DNA from: an uncultured virus (IMG/VR IMGVR_UViG_3300025871_000007)
Lineage: Duplodnaviria > Heunggongvirae > Uroviricota > Caudoviricetes
Strand: one strand, 5' to 3'
IMG/VR virus record: IMGVR_UViG_3300025871_000007
Length of the DNA stretch: 64,000 nucleotides
The position numbers and the translations under genes are program-made. Of the stretch, positions 41,101 to 49,380 are shown piece by piece. Under the pieces are notes generated by a model. The model saw only the letters and a program-made list of their open reading frames with translations, was not told where the DNA came from and ran no database searches. Every line of letters begins with the position of its first letter. Position 1 is the stretch's first letter.

Positions 41101-41935
41101 AGAGATAGAAAATTATCCAAATTTTATTGCTAATGAAATCTGTGTTCATAATTCTAGTGCACCTAATACACAAAATATACCTAGAGATAACCGTATTCGT
41201 AATATGATTATTCCTAGAGAGGGATGCAAACTTGTAACTGCTGACTTATCACAAGCAGAATTAAGAATTCTAGCTATGATGGCAGACGATAAGAAAATGA
41301 TAGATGCTTTTGCATCTGGATATGACTTCCATGCTTATACTGCATGTGCAATGTTTGGTATAAAACCAGAGATATTTGATAAAGAAAATAATCCAGATCA
41401 TAAAGCAAAACGATCTCTAGCAAAAAATATTAATTTCGGTATTGCGTATCAAATGTCAGCAAATTCATTAGCTTCAGATGTGAATATTTCATTAAAAGAA
41501 GCACAAGATTTTATTGACAAATTTTACAATACTTATTTTAATGTAAAAAGATGGATAGATAAAACAAAATCTTTTGCTTTAAAGAATGGATATGTACAAA
41601 CATTGCACGGAAGACGTAGATATTTGCCGTATGTACACAGTTCAGATCAAAAAGTTCGTGAAGGTGCATTAAGGCAAGCCGTAAATACACCAATTCAAGG
41701 CACTGCTAGTGATTGTGCTTGTTTTGGTCTTATTAGAATTCAAAAGTTTATAGACGAGAAACAGTTAAAAACAAAACCTATCATGATTATACATGATGAA
41801 ATTGTTCTAGAAACGCCTTTTGAAGAAGTAGAGTTAATGGTAGAAAAATTACCATATTTTATGACACAAAATTTACCAAAAGTAACAATTCCATTAGTAG
41901 CAGACGCAGAAGTTTTAACGAGATGGAAGAAATAG
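38159..41935 (+). CDS. polA: Family A DNA polymerase with N-terminal family-4 uracil-DNA glycosylase domain and an intein
   Basis: UDG motifs GEALGEQED, PFVG, NAVKCRP, WHPAY; exonuclease IDLETTG; polymerase motifs TGRLS, DLSQAELR, AKNINFGIAY, IHDE. Confidence 0.92.
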   Translation: MYHNSLCEKCGLWKDAKHPCVTGRGDPSAKLLILGEALGEQEDLQGLPFVGSSGQRLQAYLDRLNIKYYISNAVKCRPTSKSLNRKGETILHNRTPTAKEIKLCSAKTYQLIDKIKPTVILTLGSIPVTQLLHLGLSMTSVRGRTYYHPQLECHIVPTWHPAYLGYSGDKLVEKQFMQDLHQAIELLKAPRVRQINSNPRSLQDPVEIKEYLEYLNTIEECAIDLETTGLNPRKDRITDISLCAKCGEGVHIRWIDILPYFECLKKLLEKPELKCVFQNGKFDTAFLKAIGINVANFYFDTQLAYHTTTMTFEGEGKSLYSLEVMSWLLTREGNYKAILEEFGGIAGHQNGILQKKAEKKEKEIKKEQEKKEEKKKEQKSEKTKQVIRVPVVECNSLFDDMAEPVVKTNIANEYFSHLSTEEDGKFLEKFTPAKKLRRTLLEEDPNIFIINEEQEKELQTYVTFVSDKLKKKLESTKLTALEYYSAMDADVTFQIYKRLKPQIDSEFKEVFYDLIMPLSSTLQRLEQNGILLDTPYIDMLLDENRARTAEIKNSFFKKVKKEFNMDSPKELREVIYDHLRIPVEEEYMTNGGKSGVKMPSTDKNAIEYLAKKHPILNGIVEYRKLEKENSTYLDGFKNHVDPVTGRIHTSFLQHATATGRLSCIAEGTKIAIVGEEKNIEDVQPGDFVYNYDNDGNLTISKVLNKSYSGYGDCVRVKWQSSGNGKIGELICTPEHRILHKYNGWTEAKDLKHYDKVYHLRKGKTYSYDPRPRLYGTNSFCEDEQRFIKRVYFKADPKKTHIHHIDHNPSNNRISNLEILDSAEHNRYHSRLLYEKGIVSERHMHTSEAHAKRLQSLKYGKDNPTYIYKTKEELIQMLKDAKGIVTHIPMDFLTYKQKCETEGINLKELCDCFSRGKFFISQEDVFKVWDKYKDYEYPIYRCAGELHISQDKFKRLLKYYDISTNHVILSVKPAGKYHVWDLEIENYPNFIANEICVHNSSAPNTQNIPRDNRIRNMIIPREGCKLVTADLSQAELRILAMMADDKKMIDAFASGYDFHAYTACAMFGIKPEIFDKENNPDHKAKRSLAKNINFGIAYQMSANSLASDVNISLKEAQDFIDKFYNTYFNVKRWIDKTKSFALKNGYVQTLHGRRRYLPYVHSSDQKVREGALRQAVNTPIQGTASDCACFGLIRIQKFIDEKQLKTKPIMIIHDEIVLETPFEEVELMVEKLPYFMTQNLPKVTIPLVADAEVLTRWKK
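40145..41152 (+). mobile_element. Intein with HNH endonuclease in DNA polymerase (336 aa)
   Basis: TGRLS|CIAEGT...CTPEH...HHIDHNPSNN...VWDLEIENYPNFIANEICVHN|SSAPN. Confidence 0.92.
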
Positions 41936-41948
41936 GAGGATATTTTAT

Positions 41949-43064
41949 ATGAAAGTTTTACTTGAAACTCAAAATCTAAGAAATTGCTTAAATTATATTA
42001 GCAAAATAACAACGAAAAGCAAGAAAAGTGGTGGATCACCTTTATACTCACAAGTTCAATTGGATTTTAAGAATAATAATTTAACATTATACGCTTACGA
42101 TTCAAGTTATGGTCTACAAATTTCATACGGAGAAGTAAATTGCGAAGATTCTCGTTATCTTATTGATGCAGAAGGCATTTCTCATGTCGTAAAATATAGT
42201 GAACAAGAGAAATTAGATTTTGATTTTAAAGAAACTCGTTTAGTTGTAAAAGATGGTAATAGTTCTTATAAATTTAACTATTTTTCTTCTGAAAATTCTT
42301 TAAGTTACATTTTTGAAAATATATCAGAACAATCTGAAGTATTATTAACTACTAATGCAGCAGAATTTAGTAAAATTTTTAAGTTTTTGGATCCTTGCAT
42401 TGCGAATGATGCGGCAAGACCTTTTTTAAATGGCATTCAGTTTGATGGTAATTTTGTAGCAGCAGACGGAAACATATGCGGGGTATATTCTAATGATATA
42501 AAGCAAGAAAATACAGTATTTTTACTGAGTGAGAGTCTTGATTTGATATCATCATTACCAGAGAATAAAGATATTCTAATTTACAAAGCAAATAATCTTA
42601 ATATTATAGAATGCGATAATTTAAAAATGATTACTCCACAAATCAATGGTGCTTTTCCAAATTATAATAAAATCATAGATATAACTTCTAATTATTCGTA
42701 CAAATTTGCAGTGGAGAAATCTAGATTGCAAAAAGTCAGTGAAAAACTAACACCATTTGCAGATATACACCAACGATTAATGGCTTCTGCAGTATTTACT
42801 AAAGATGGTAATCTACAATTAGCAGCAGCTTCTGAAGGTACAAAGGAAGGATTAGAGATTATAAATAGTATTGAAGCAGTTTCACCGAAAGAAGATATTA
42901 CATTTTATTTAAATATTAGATTACTAGCAAGTTTGGTTAGATCCATACCTAGTGATTTAATTTATATCAAATATAGTGATAATGTAAAAGCACCATTATT
43001 AATTACGGATGAAGGACAATTTTCTAATTTTCTAAGTGTTTATAACTATATTAAAAATAGCTAG
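41949..43064 (+). CDS. dnaN: DNA polymerase sliding clamp (beta-clamp-like)
   Basis: 371 aa; ARPFLNGI, AADG and GAFPNY motifs; follows the polymerase. Confidence 0.75.
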   Translation: MKVLLETQNLRNCLNYISKITTKSKKSGGSPLYSQVQLDFKNNNLTLYAYDSSYGLQISYGEVNCEDSRYLIDAEGISHVVKYSEQEKLDFDFKETRLVVKDGNSSYKFNYFSSENSLSYIFENISEQSEVLLTTNAAEFSKIFKFLDPCIANDAARPFLNGIQFDGNFVAADGNICGVYSNDIKQENTVFLLSESLDLISSLPENKDILIYKANNLNIIECDNLKMITPQINGAFPNYNKIIDITSNYSYKFAVEKSRLQKVSEKLTPFADIHQRLMASAVFTKDGNLQLAAASEGTKEGLEIINSIEAVSPKEDITFYLNIRLLASLVRSIPSDLIYIKYSDNVKAPLLITDEGQFSNFLSVYNYIKNS

Positions 43065-43089
43065 AAATATCTAATAGTTTTATATTATA
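43062..43089 (+). promoter_or_regulatory. Putative early/middle promoter TAGAAA-N15-TATTATA
   Basis: Identical boxes and spacing at 52880; precedes the queD cluster. Confidence 0.45.
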
Positions 43090-43113
43090 ATTAATTAATA
43101 GGATAAAAGTAGA

Positions 43114-43581
43114 ATGAAAATACAAAAAAAATTTACTACTGAAACAGCCCATATAGTAAGAGAAGCTTCATCGATTCGTTGCAAGAATAATATACATGGT
43201 CATAGCTATACTTGGATAGTAACAATACAAGGTGGTCTAGATCATGCAGGAATGATTATAGATTTTAAAGATTTAAAACCTATTAAGGATTTTATAGATC
43301 TTTTTGATCACGCAACTGTTTTTTGGTCTAAGGAACCGGATTGTGAAATTCTAGCTTTTTTTCAAGATAAATTTTCAAGAGTTCTTATCATGAAACAAAA
43401 TCCTACAGCAGAAAATATGGCAAGATCACTTTTCAAATTTACTAAAGATTGGTTACAAAAAGATTATCCTACACTTTCTGTTGCAGAGGTAGCGGTATGG
43501 GAAACCGCTACAGGATGTGGTATTGCTACCGAATGCAATGGGAATGATATTTTAGTTTACACTCATTCAGATACTAACTAA
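43114..43581 (+). CDS. queD: 6-carboxytetrahydropterin synthase
   Basis: TAH, IHGHSY, IDFKDLK, NPTAENMA, WET. Confidence 0.9.
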   Translation: MKIQKKFTTETAHIVREASSIRCKNNIHGHSYTWIVTIQGGLDHAGMIIDFKDLKPIKDFIDLFDHATVFWSKEPDCEILAFFQDKFSRVLIMKQNPTAENMARSLFKFTKDWLQKDYPTLSVAEVAVWETATGCGIATECNGNDILVYTHSDTN

Positions 43582-43596
43582 GTGTGGTGATTTTTA

Positions 43597-44028
43597 ATGT
43601 CTTTTAAAAAGGCTAATTTTGTTAATTGGGATGATATTGCTGCCTATTGTAGAGAATTAAGAGTACAAGAAACACCAGATGTAATTTTAGCAGTCCATCG
43701 TGGTGGTCTTCCTATAGGAGTTCTTCTAAGTCATAAATTTCATGTTCCAGTAGAAATACTATATTTTTCTAGATATGATAGTAATACAAAGATTAAATGT
43801 AATCTTTCTAGAAAAGAAGAATATAATAGAATATTAGTAGTAGACGATGTATCTGATAAAGGAGAATCCTTAGAAAGAATTACAGAATTTTTATCAAAGA
43901 AGTATTATATTAAAGAATTAACTACACTTACATATGCAATAAAAAATAAAACACAATTTAAACCAAATTATTTCAAAAAAGAATATGACGATCATATTTG
44001 GTTAATCTTTCCTTGGGAGGCAATATGA
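43597..44028 (+). CDS. Purine phosphoribosyltransferase (Gpt/Hpt-like)
   Basis: RGGL, PRPP loop LVVDDVSDKGESL, C-terminal WLIFPWE. Confidence 0.85.
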   Translation: MSFKKANFVNWDDIAAYCRELRVQETPDVILAVHRGGLPIGVLLSHKFHVPVEILYFSRYDSNTKIKCNLSRKEEYNRILVVDDVSDKGESLERITEFLSKKYYIKELTTLTYAIKNKTQFKPNYFKKEYDDHIWLIFPWEAI

Positions 44029-44711
44029 CAGAAAAAGAATGGAATTTAGATATTACAGAAAGCTTCACGTCCATACAGGGAGAAGGAATTCATGAAGGGG
44101 TTCCTTCCCATTTTATTCGACTTGCAAAATGTAATGCTTCATGTCCTTTCTGTGATTCTAAATATAGCTGGAAATCTGGAGATAAATATGATTATCAAGG
44201 TATTTCAGCACATTTAAGTATGATGTATATTGCAAATCCAAAAGTTAATATGCTAACTATAACAGGTGGTGAGCCAACTTTACAAGATTTAAACCCACTA
44301 ACATCTTTAGTTAAAGATTTTTATAATTGGTTTATAGAAGTAGAAACAAATGGTTTGATTCATAAAGATAGAGAATTGGAAAAAGACGTAGATTTATGGA
44401 TTGTTTCACCAAAACTATACTCAGAAGATATAATAAAAAGATATAATCAAGAAATTTTAGATAGATTTTTATATACGAATCATATCTTTAAATTTGTTAT
44501 AGGAACAGAAGAAGAACTAAGTATTGTTTTAGATTTTATAAAATCATATAAATTGGATCTAGATAATAATATTTGGTTAATGCCTAAAGGTACTTCAATA
44601 GAAGAAATTAGAAAATCAAGCAAACTACTTGTCCCTGTTTGCCTAAGAAAAGGATGGAATTTATCTTCCAGACAACAGATAGTTATTTGGGGCAATAAAA
44701 AAGGAGTATAA
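44025..44711 (+). CDS. queE: 7-carboxy-7-deazaguanine synthase (radical SAM)
   Basis: SIQGEG, CNASCPFCDS, TGGEP, ETNG, VSPK; ATG at 44025 after GGAGG. Confidence 0.9.
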   Translation: MTEKEWNLDITESFTSIQGEGIHEGVPSHFIRLAKCNASCPFCDSKYSWKSGDKYDYQGISAHLSMMYIANPKVNMLTITGGEPTLQDLNPLTSLVKDFYNWFIEVETNGLIHKDRELEKDVDLWIVSPKLYSEDIIKRYNQEILDRFLYTNHIFKFVIGTEEELSIVLDFIKSYKLDLDNNIWLMPKGTSIEEIRKSSKLLVPVCLRKGWNLSSRQQIVIWGNKKGV

Positions 44712-44715
44712 TGTT

Positions 44716-44946
44716 ATGAATTATTATTGTAAAAATGGTGCATATCATACCTATAAGTGCTGCAATACATGCTGGAATTTACATCCAAAAGCAGAGAAAA
44801 ATAAAATGTTTTTCGGTAGTGAGACCTTTAATAAAGTATTAGATCAAAATTTTATTCAAAAAGCAAAACAAGTAGGATTTACTGAGCAACAAATAGAATT
44901 CTTATCACAGATTATTTCTACAAGATTAAGTGTAGTTATGGAGTAA
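44716..44946 (+). CDS. Small Cys-rich hypothetical protein
   Basis: 76 aa, AAGGAG RBS. Confidence 0.5.
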   Translation: MNYYCKNGAYHTYKCCNTCWNLHPKAEKNKMFFGSETFNKVLDQNFIQKAKQVGFTEQQIEFLSQIISTRLSVVME

Positions 44947-44951
44947 GAAGG

Positions 44952-45407
44952 ATGAAAATAATTACAACTTCTGATGGTAAGTGTAAAATACTTTCTTTTC
45001 TTTCTGAAAAGAATATAGCAGCATTTACACTCGATTCTGGTGATTGTCATAATGCAGAACCTATTAAATTAACGTTAAACACATATATCTCCGATTTAGA
45101 TATTATTGCAAGATGTGAGGGTCTTGATAAAGATTTAAGAATTTTTACTGTTTGTTCTTCTTGCCGTAAAACTTATAATGATTGTAGCTGTGATCATCTT
45201 CATTCTATTGCTTCTAATTATCAATTATGTGTTAGAGATCTAGAAGGAAAATTACTAGGTTATATACAAAGAATAGAAATTTTTGGTAGTGCAGATCAAG
45301 ATAAACCTATTGTTAAAATATATAAATATGAAATAGATAATAGTAATACAGAAGATATAGTAGTTAAAAGAGATGAAAATGGACAACCTAAACTTTTTAT
45401 ATATTAG
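44952..45407 (+). CDS. Hypothetical Cys-rich protein
   Basis: CSSC...CSCDH. Confidence 0.5.
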   Translation: MKIITTSDGKCKILSFLSEKNIAAFTLDSGDCHNAEPIKLTLNTYISDLDIIARCEGLDKDLRIFTVCSSCRKTYNDCSCDHLHSIASNYQLCVRDLEGKLLGYIQRIEIFGSADQDKPIVKIYKYEIDNSNTEDIVVKRDENGQPKLFIY

Positions 45408-45480
45408 AATTTTAAGGAAGAAATATCAACAGAAATGTTGTTTGACCGTTTCCTAATTTATTTTCTTAGGAGAAAAGATT

Positions 45481-46143
45481 ATGGGTAGAGATACAAATTG
45501 CGTAGTACTTCTTTCTGGTGGTTTAGATTCAACAGTTATGCTGTATTGGGTGAAAGAGAGATATGATAAGGTATTTCCTCTTTATATTAACTATGGATCA
45601 AGTCATAAAGAAAAAGAATTTTATGCCGCACAACAAACATGTAAGGAATTAGGATTATTTCTAGAAGAAGTAAAGTTAACTGGCAATATACTTTCAGATT
45701 CTTCTCTAGTAGACAAATCTATTAGAACTCCAGATGATTTAAAAGATACAATTAATACAGTTGTTCCATTTAGAAATATTATGATGATTAGTATCGCAGC
45801 TAGTTATGCAGATAAAGTAAATGCCGGTGTAATTGCAACTAGTCCAACACGAGAAGATTTCGATGTTTTCAGAGATTGTAGAAGAGAATTTCATGATGCA
45901 TTAGAAAAAACTTTACAGATTGCTGCAAAGTACGATCAACCCTATCAAATTTTAACACCTTTTATTACTAATACTAAAGAAGATGTTATTCGTATTGGTG
46001 TTGATATGGATGTAGATTTTTCAAAAACCTGGTCTTGTTATAATCCACAAAGAGACGAACCCTGTGGTGTATGTCCAGCATGTAGGGTTAGAGAAAAAGG
46101 ATTTATGCTAGCTGGTGTAAAAGATCCACTTAGGAGAAATTAA
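45481..46143 (+). CDS. queC: 7-cyano-7-deazaguanine (preQ0) synthase
   Basis: LSGGLDS, VPFRN, DCR, TWSCY, CGVCPACRVR. Confidence 0.92.
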   Translation: MGRDTNCVVLLSGGLDSTVMLYWVKERYDKVFPLYINYGSSHKEKEFYAAQQTCKELGLFLEEVKLTGNILSDSSLVDKSIRTPDDLKDTINTVVPFRNIMMISIAASYADKVNAGVIATSPTREDFDVFRDCRREFHDALEKTLQIAAKYDQPYQILTPFITNTKEDVIRIGVDMDVDFSKTWSCYNPQRDEPCGVCPACRVREKGFMLAGVKDPLRRN

Positions 46144-46751
46144 TGCTTAGTTCATTAGATACGTTTTATTACACAGATGAAAATATAGATTATATAGGTG
46201 ATCAACTTCATAGTCTATTCAATTTTAAAACTGCTAATATGATAGGAGATTCTGTTTTTGCTTTTGAAGGAAAAATGGATGTAAAAACTGATCATATGGT
46301 AGATATTGAAGATGTAAAAGAAAATGATTATATCTGGTCGCCTAAAGCTCTTAACTTTATTATAGAGATCTTTAACATCAATATAGAAACTGCAGTACTA
46401 TATCAAAGAGCTTTTATGCAGATTTGTACAAATGTTCTTAAAGATATATTAGCAGAATCAAATATTATAGTTTATTTAGTTAAACTGAAAGGTGATGATA
46501 TTCTAGTTAAAACATTGGATGGAGAAGTTTGGAAGAAGCTTTCTGTATCTATTGCTACAGTAAGTCATATTTCTGGTTTAATCCACGTAGGTATTAATAT
46601 AGATACAGATATGAATATACCTGTTCCAGCAATAGGATTACAAGAACTTATCGATTTGCATGTATACGAATTTGGTGTTCGTGTACTAGAACAATTTAAA
46701 GACTTTCATAAATCTATAAAATTTGCTTCAGTTAAAATAAAAGGTGTTTAA
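46143..46751 (+). CDS. DUF366-like protein
   Basis: YIGDQL, DSVFAFEG, MVDIED, FIIE, YQR, GDDI, KLSVSIA, IHVGINI pattern recognised as DUF366-like. Confidence 0.7.
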   Translation: MLSSLDTFYYTDENIDYIGDQLHSLFNFKTANMIGDSVFAFEGKMDVKTDHMVDIEDVKENDYIWSPKALNFIIEIFNINIETAVLYQRAFMQICTNVLKDILAESNIIVYLVKLKGDDILVKTLDGEVWKKLSVSIATVSHISGLIHVGINIDTDMNIPVPAIGLQELIDLHVYEFGVRVLEQFKDFHKSIKFASVKIKGV

Positions 46752-46754
46752 TAT

Positions 46755-47399
46755 ATGGAAGAACAACTAATTAAATTACTCCAAAAAGAATCGTTTAAGA
46801 AAATGGAAGAAGGAGCAAGACTTCTTCTTGAGGGTTTAGGTGAAGTAACAGCACCAGAATCTACCAGTCCCTTAACAACATATTCGACAATTTCTTTGGA
46901 TGATCCTAATTTTAAGAAAACACCTTATAGGATAGCAAAAGCTTGGGTAGAAATGTGTATAGGTCTTTCGCAAAAACACGAAGTAACAAAAATATTAGAA
47001 ACCAATTTTCCAAGTAATTATACAGGAATGATAATTATTGATTCAATTAATTGTTATTCAATGTGTCCACATCATGCACTTCCTGTAGCTTATCGTGTAG
47101 ATTTTGGATATATACCTTCTGATAAAATGTTGGGTCTTTCGAAGATTCCTAGATTTATAAAACTCTTAGCTAAACAACCCATACTTCAAGAGGATTTTAC
47201 TAAACAATGTATTGAACAATTTGTCGAACATGTTAAACCTGAAGGTGCTATTTGTGTGGTAAAAGGTGTACATAATTGCATGGTTTGCAGAGGCGTTGGT
47301 GCTATTAATTCAAGTGCTACTACGTCAGAAGTCTACGGAAGTTTTGAAAAACTAGAAACTAGAACAGAATTTTTAAATTTAGTTAAAAAGAATACATAA
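46755..47399 (+). CDS. folE: GTP cyclohydrolase I
   Basis: TPYRIAK, SMCPHHALP, GLSKIPR, LQE, HNCMVCRG. Confidence 0.92.
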   Translation: MEEQLIKLLQKESFKKMEEGARLLLEGLGEVTAPESTSPLTTYSTISLDDPNFKKTPYRIAKAWVEMCIGLSQKHEVTKILETNFPSNYTGMIIIDSINCYSMCPHHALPVAYRVDFGYIPSDKMLGLSKIPRFIKLLAKQPILQEDFTKQCIEQFVEHVKPEGAICVVKGVHNCMVCRGVGAINSSATTSEVYGSFEKLETRTEFLNLVKKNT

Positions 47400-47965
47400 T
47401 GGTATATACTAAACAACAAAATATAGAGATATCTAAAAAAAGATATCAGTATGTTCAACAAATCATTAAACTGCTTCCTTCTAAAACTTATTTACATGAA
47501 TGTTCTTTTGAAGAAGACAAGTTTGGTGGATCTGATTTTATAATCATTCAAAAAGCAATTAATGTCAGTTATGCATGTAGATTATTAAATGATAAACCGC
47601 ATTGGGATCGTATAACTTTTCGTGTGCATACTTATGATCATACTGATGTACCTAATCAAAAATATAGTGAATACTATAAAATTCAAAGAGATGAAGTAAC
47701 TTGGGATAGGTATTTCTTTGGTCATATAAATACTAGTAATATAATAACAAAGTGGTTAATTTTTGATAGAAGAAAAGCTATAGATAGTGGCATTTTTAAT
47801 ATGCCAGTTCAGCTTAATAACTTCAACTATCCCAGAAATCTAAAATGGAATGATTCAAAAAAAGAAGATGATAGAACAGGATTTATTTCTTGTAGGATGT
47901 CTGATTTTTTTAAAGTTGGTGCAGTATTACATAGTTACGATAAGAAAGGTACTTTAGATGTTTAA
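47399..47965 (+). CDS. Hypothetical protein, possibly PD-(D/E)XK-like fold
   Basis: EEDKFGGSDF segment; weak. Confidence 0.35.
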   Translation: MVYTKQQNIEISKKRYQYVQQIIKLLPSKTYLHECSFEEDKFGGSDFIIIQKAINVSYACRLLNDKPHWDRITFRVHTYDHTDVPNQKYSEYYKIQRDEVTWDRYFFGHINTSNIITKWLIFDRRKAIDSGIFNMPVQLNNFNYPRNLKWNDSKKEDDRTGFISCRMSDFFKVGAVLHSYDKKGTLDV

Positions 47966-48194
47966 TAATTTTTTTAGAAAGAAAGAAAAAGTAATAATGG
48001 ATACTATACGAGATGATGATACAGTACATTTTCTAACCACACAAAGAATTATTGAAATATTAAATGATCCCAAACTGGCATCAGAAGATGAGATTAGAAA
48101 TTTAGCTTATACTGTTTTAGAAACTTTAGATATTTTAAGTAATGCAATTATGCAAAGTATCACTGATAAAGGTGATCCTTCAAATTTACATTAA
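47958..48194 (+). CDS. Hypothetical protein
   Basis: 78 aa overlapping ORF. Confidence 0.5.
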   Translation: MFNNFFRKKEKVIMDTIRDDDTVHFLTTQRIIEILNDPKLASEDEIRNLAYTVLETLDILSNAIMQSITDKGDPSNLH

Positions 48195-48204
48195 GGAAGT
48201 ATGT

Positions 48205-49380
48205 ATGAGTAATATAATAGAATTTATATCTAAATGTTTTGCTTTTAAAAAACTCAGAAAAGCAAATTATAAATGTGAATTTACTGGTGTAGAACTTTCA
48301 GGAAGTACTGGATTTGCAGTATATTCTATTTATAATATTGCAGAAATAGAAGAGTATGTAAAATCATATGAAAATAAAGATGAGATTATTTACTGGGTTT
48401 TCGATAGAATGTGGGAAGATTGGCTTTTGATAATTTCAAAAGATGTTCACTTCGAGCAAGAAGAAAAGGTTAGACAATCAATTAAATCGTTAGATGACTA
48501 TGCAAAAAAGATTATAGATAAAGTTATAGATAATCTAAAAACTCCTCTAGGTTCTAGAACAGCATATATTAATGAGTACGATCCTACTCTGCTTCTTCCA
48601 GTTAAAAGACAACCTACACGTGAAGCAATTGGATATGAGTATATTCCTTTTGTAGGTCTAGATGTATGGAATGGTTATGAATTATCTTATCTGGATAGAA
48701 ATGGAAAACCTGTAAATAAAATGATTCGTATTGCTTATGATTCAGATAGTGAATCTATTATAGAATCTAAATCGTTAAAACTTTATTTTAATTCTTTTAA
48801 TAACACTATAGTAGAAAAATTAGGTAAAGGTAATATAATAGATATTATTAAGCAAGATTTAAAACAAGCAATTAAATGTAATTCTATAGAAGCATACTTT
48901 ATAGAAACAAATTATATTCATGATTTTGCTAAGTATTACTATCCTATAGATCAATTACGTTGTGATAAGTATTCATATGATTATGACCCAGATTTGCTTG
49001 AAATTCAACCTTCATTATATAATTATCCTATTTTTCTAAAGACAGATTTACTTAAATCTAACTGTAGACACAGTGGTTTACCAGATTGGGGAACTGCTTA
49101 TATTTCTTATGAACCAAATTCTGCGCAATTGGATCCTTATTCTGTTTTAAAATATATAATTTCTTTCAGAAATCACAGAGAATTTCATGAAGAGTGTTGT
49201 GAAAGAATTATGCACGATATCATGTTTAAAATTAACCCAAAATGGTTACGTGTAGAACTTCGGTACACACGTAGGGGCGGTTTAGATATCAACCCAATTC
49301 GTGTATTTGATTCAATAGGTGAGTATAATTATGATTTTCATGTTGAATTTTCTAGATATGCAAGGGAGATAAGGCAATAG
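48205..49380 (+). CDS. queF: Bimodular preQ0 reductase (QueF) with extra N-terminal domain
   Basis: YDPTLL, DVWNGYELS, QueF motif IESKSLKLYFNSFN, KSNC...PDWG, FHEECCERI, YTRRGGLDINP. Confidence 0.88.
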   Translation: MSNIIEFISKCFAFKKLRKANYKCEFTGVELSGSTGFAVYSIYNIAEIEEYVKSYENKDEIIYWVFDRMWEDWLLIISKDVHFEQEEKVRQSIKSLDDYAKKIIDKVIDNLKTPLGSRTAYINEYDPTLLLPVKRQPTREAIGYEYIPFVGLDVWNGYELSYLDRNGKPVNKMIRIAYDSDSESIIESKSLKLYFNSFNNTIVEKLGKGNIIDIIKQDLKQAIKCNSIEAYFIETNYIHDFAKYYYPIDQLRCDKYSYDYDPDLLEIQPSLYNYPIFLKTDLLKSNCRHSGLPDWGTAYISYEPNSAQLDPYSVLKYIISFRNHREFHEECCERIMHDIMFKINPKWLRVELRYTRRGGLDINPIRVFDSIGEYNYDFHVEFSRYAREIRQ

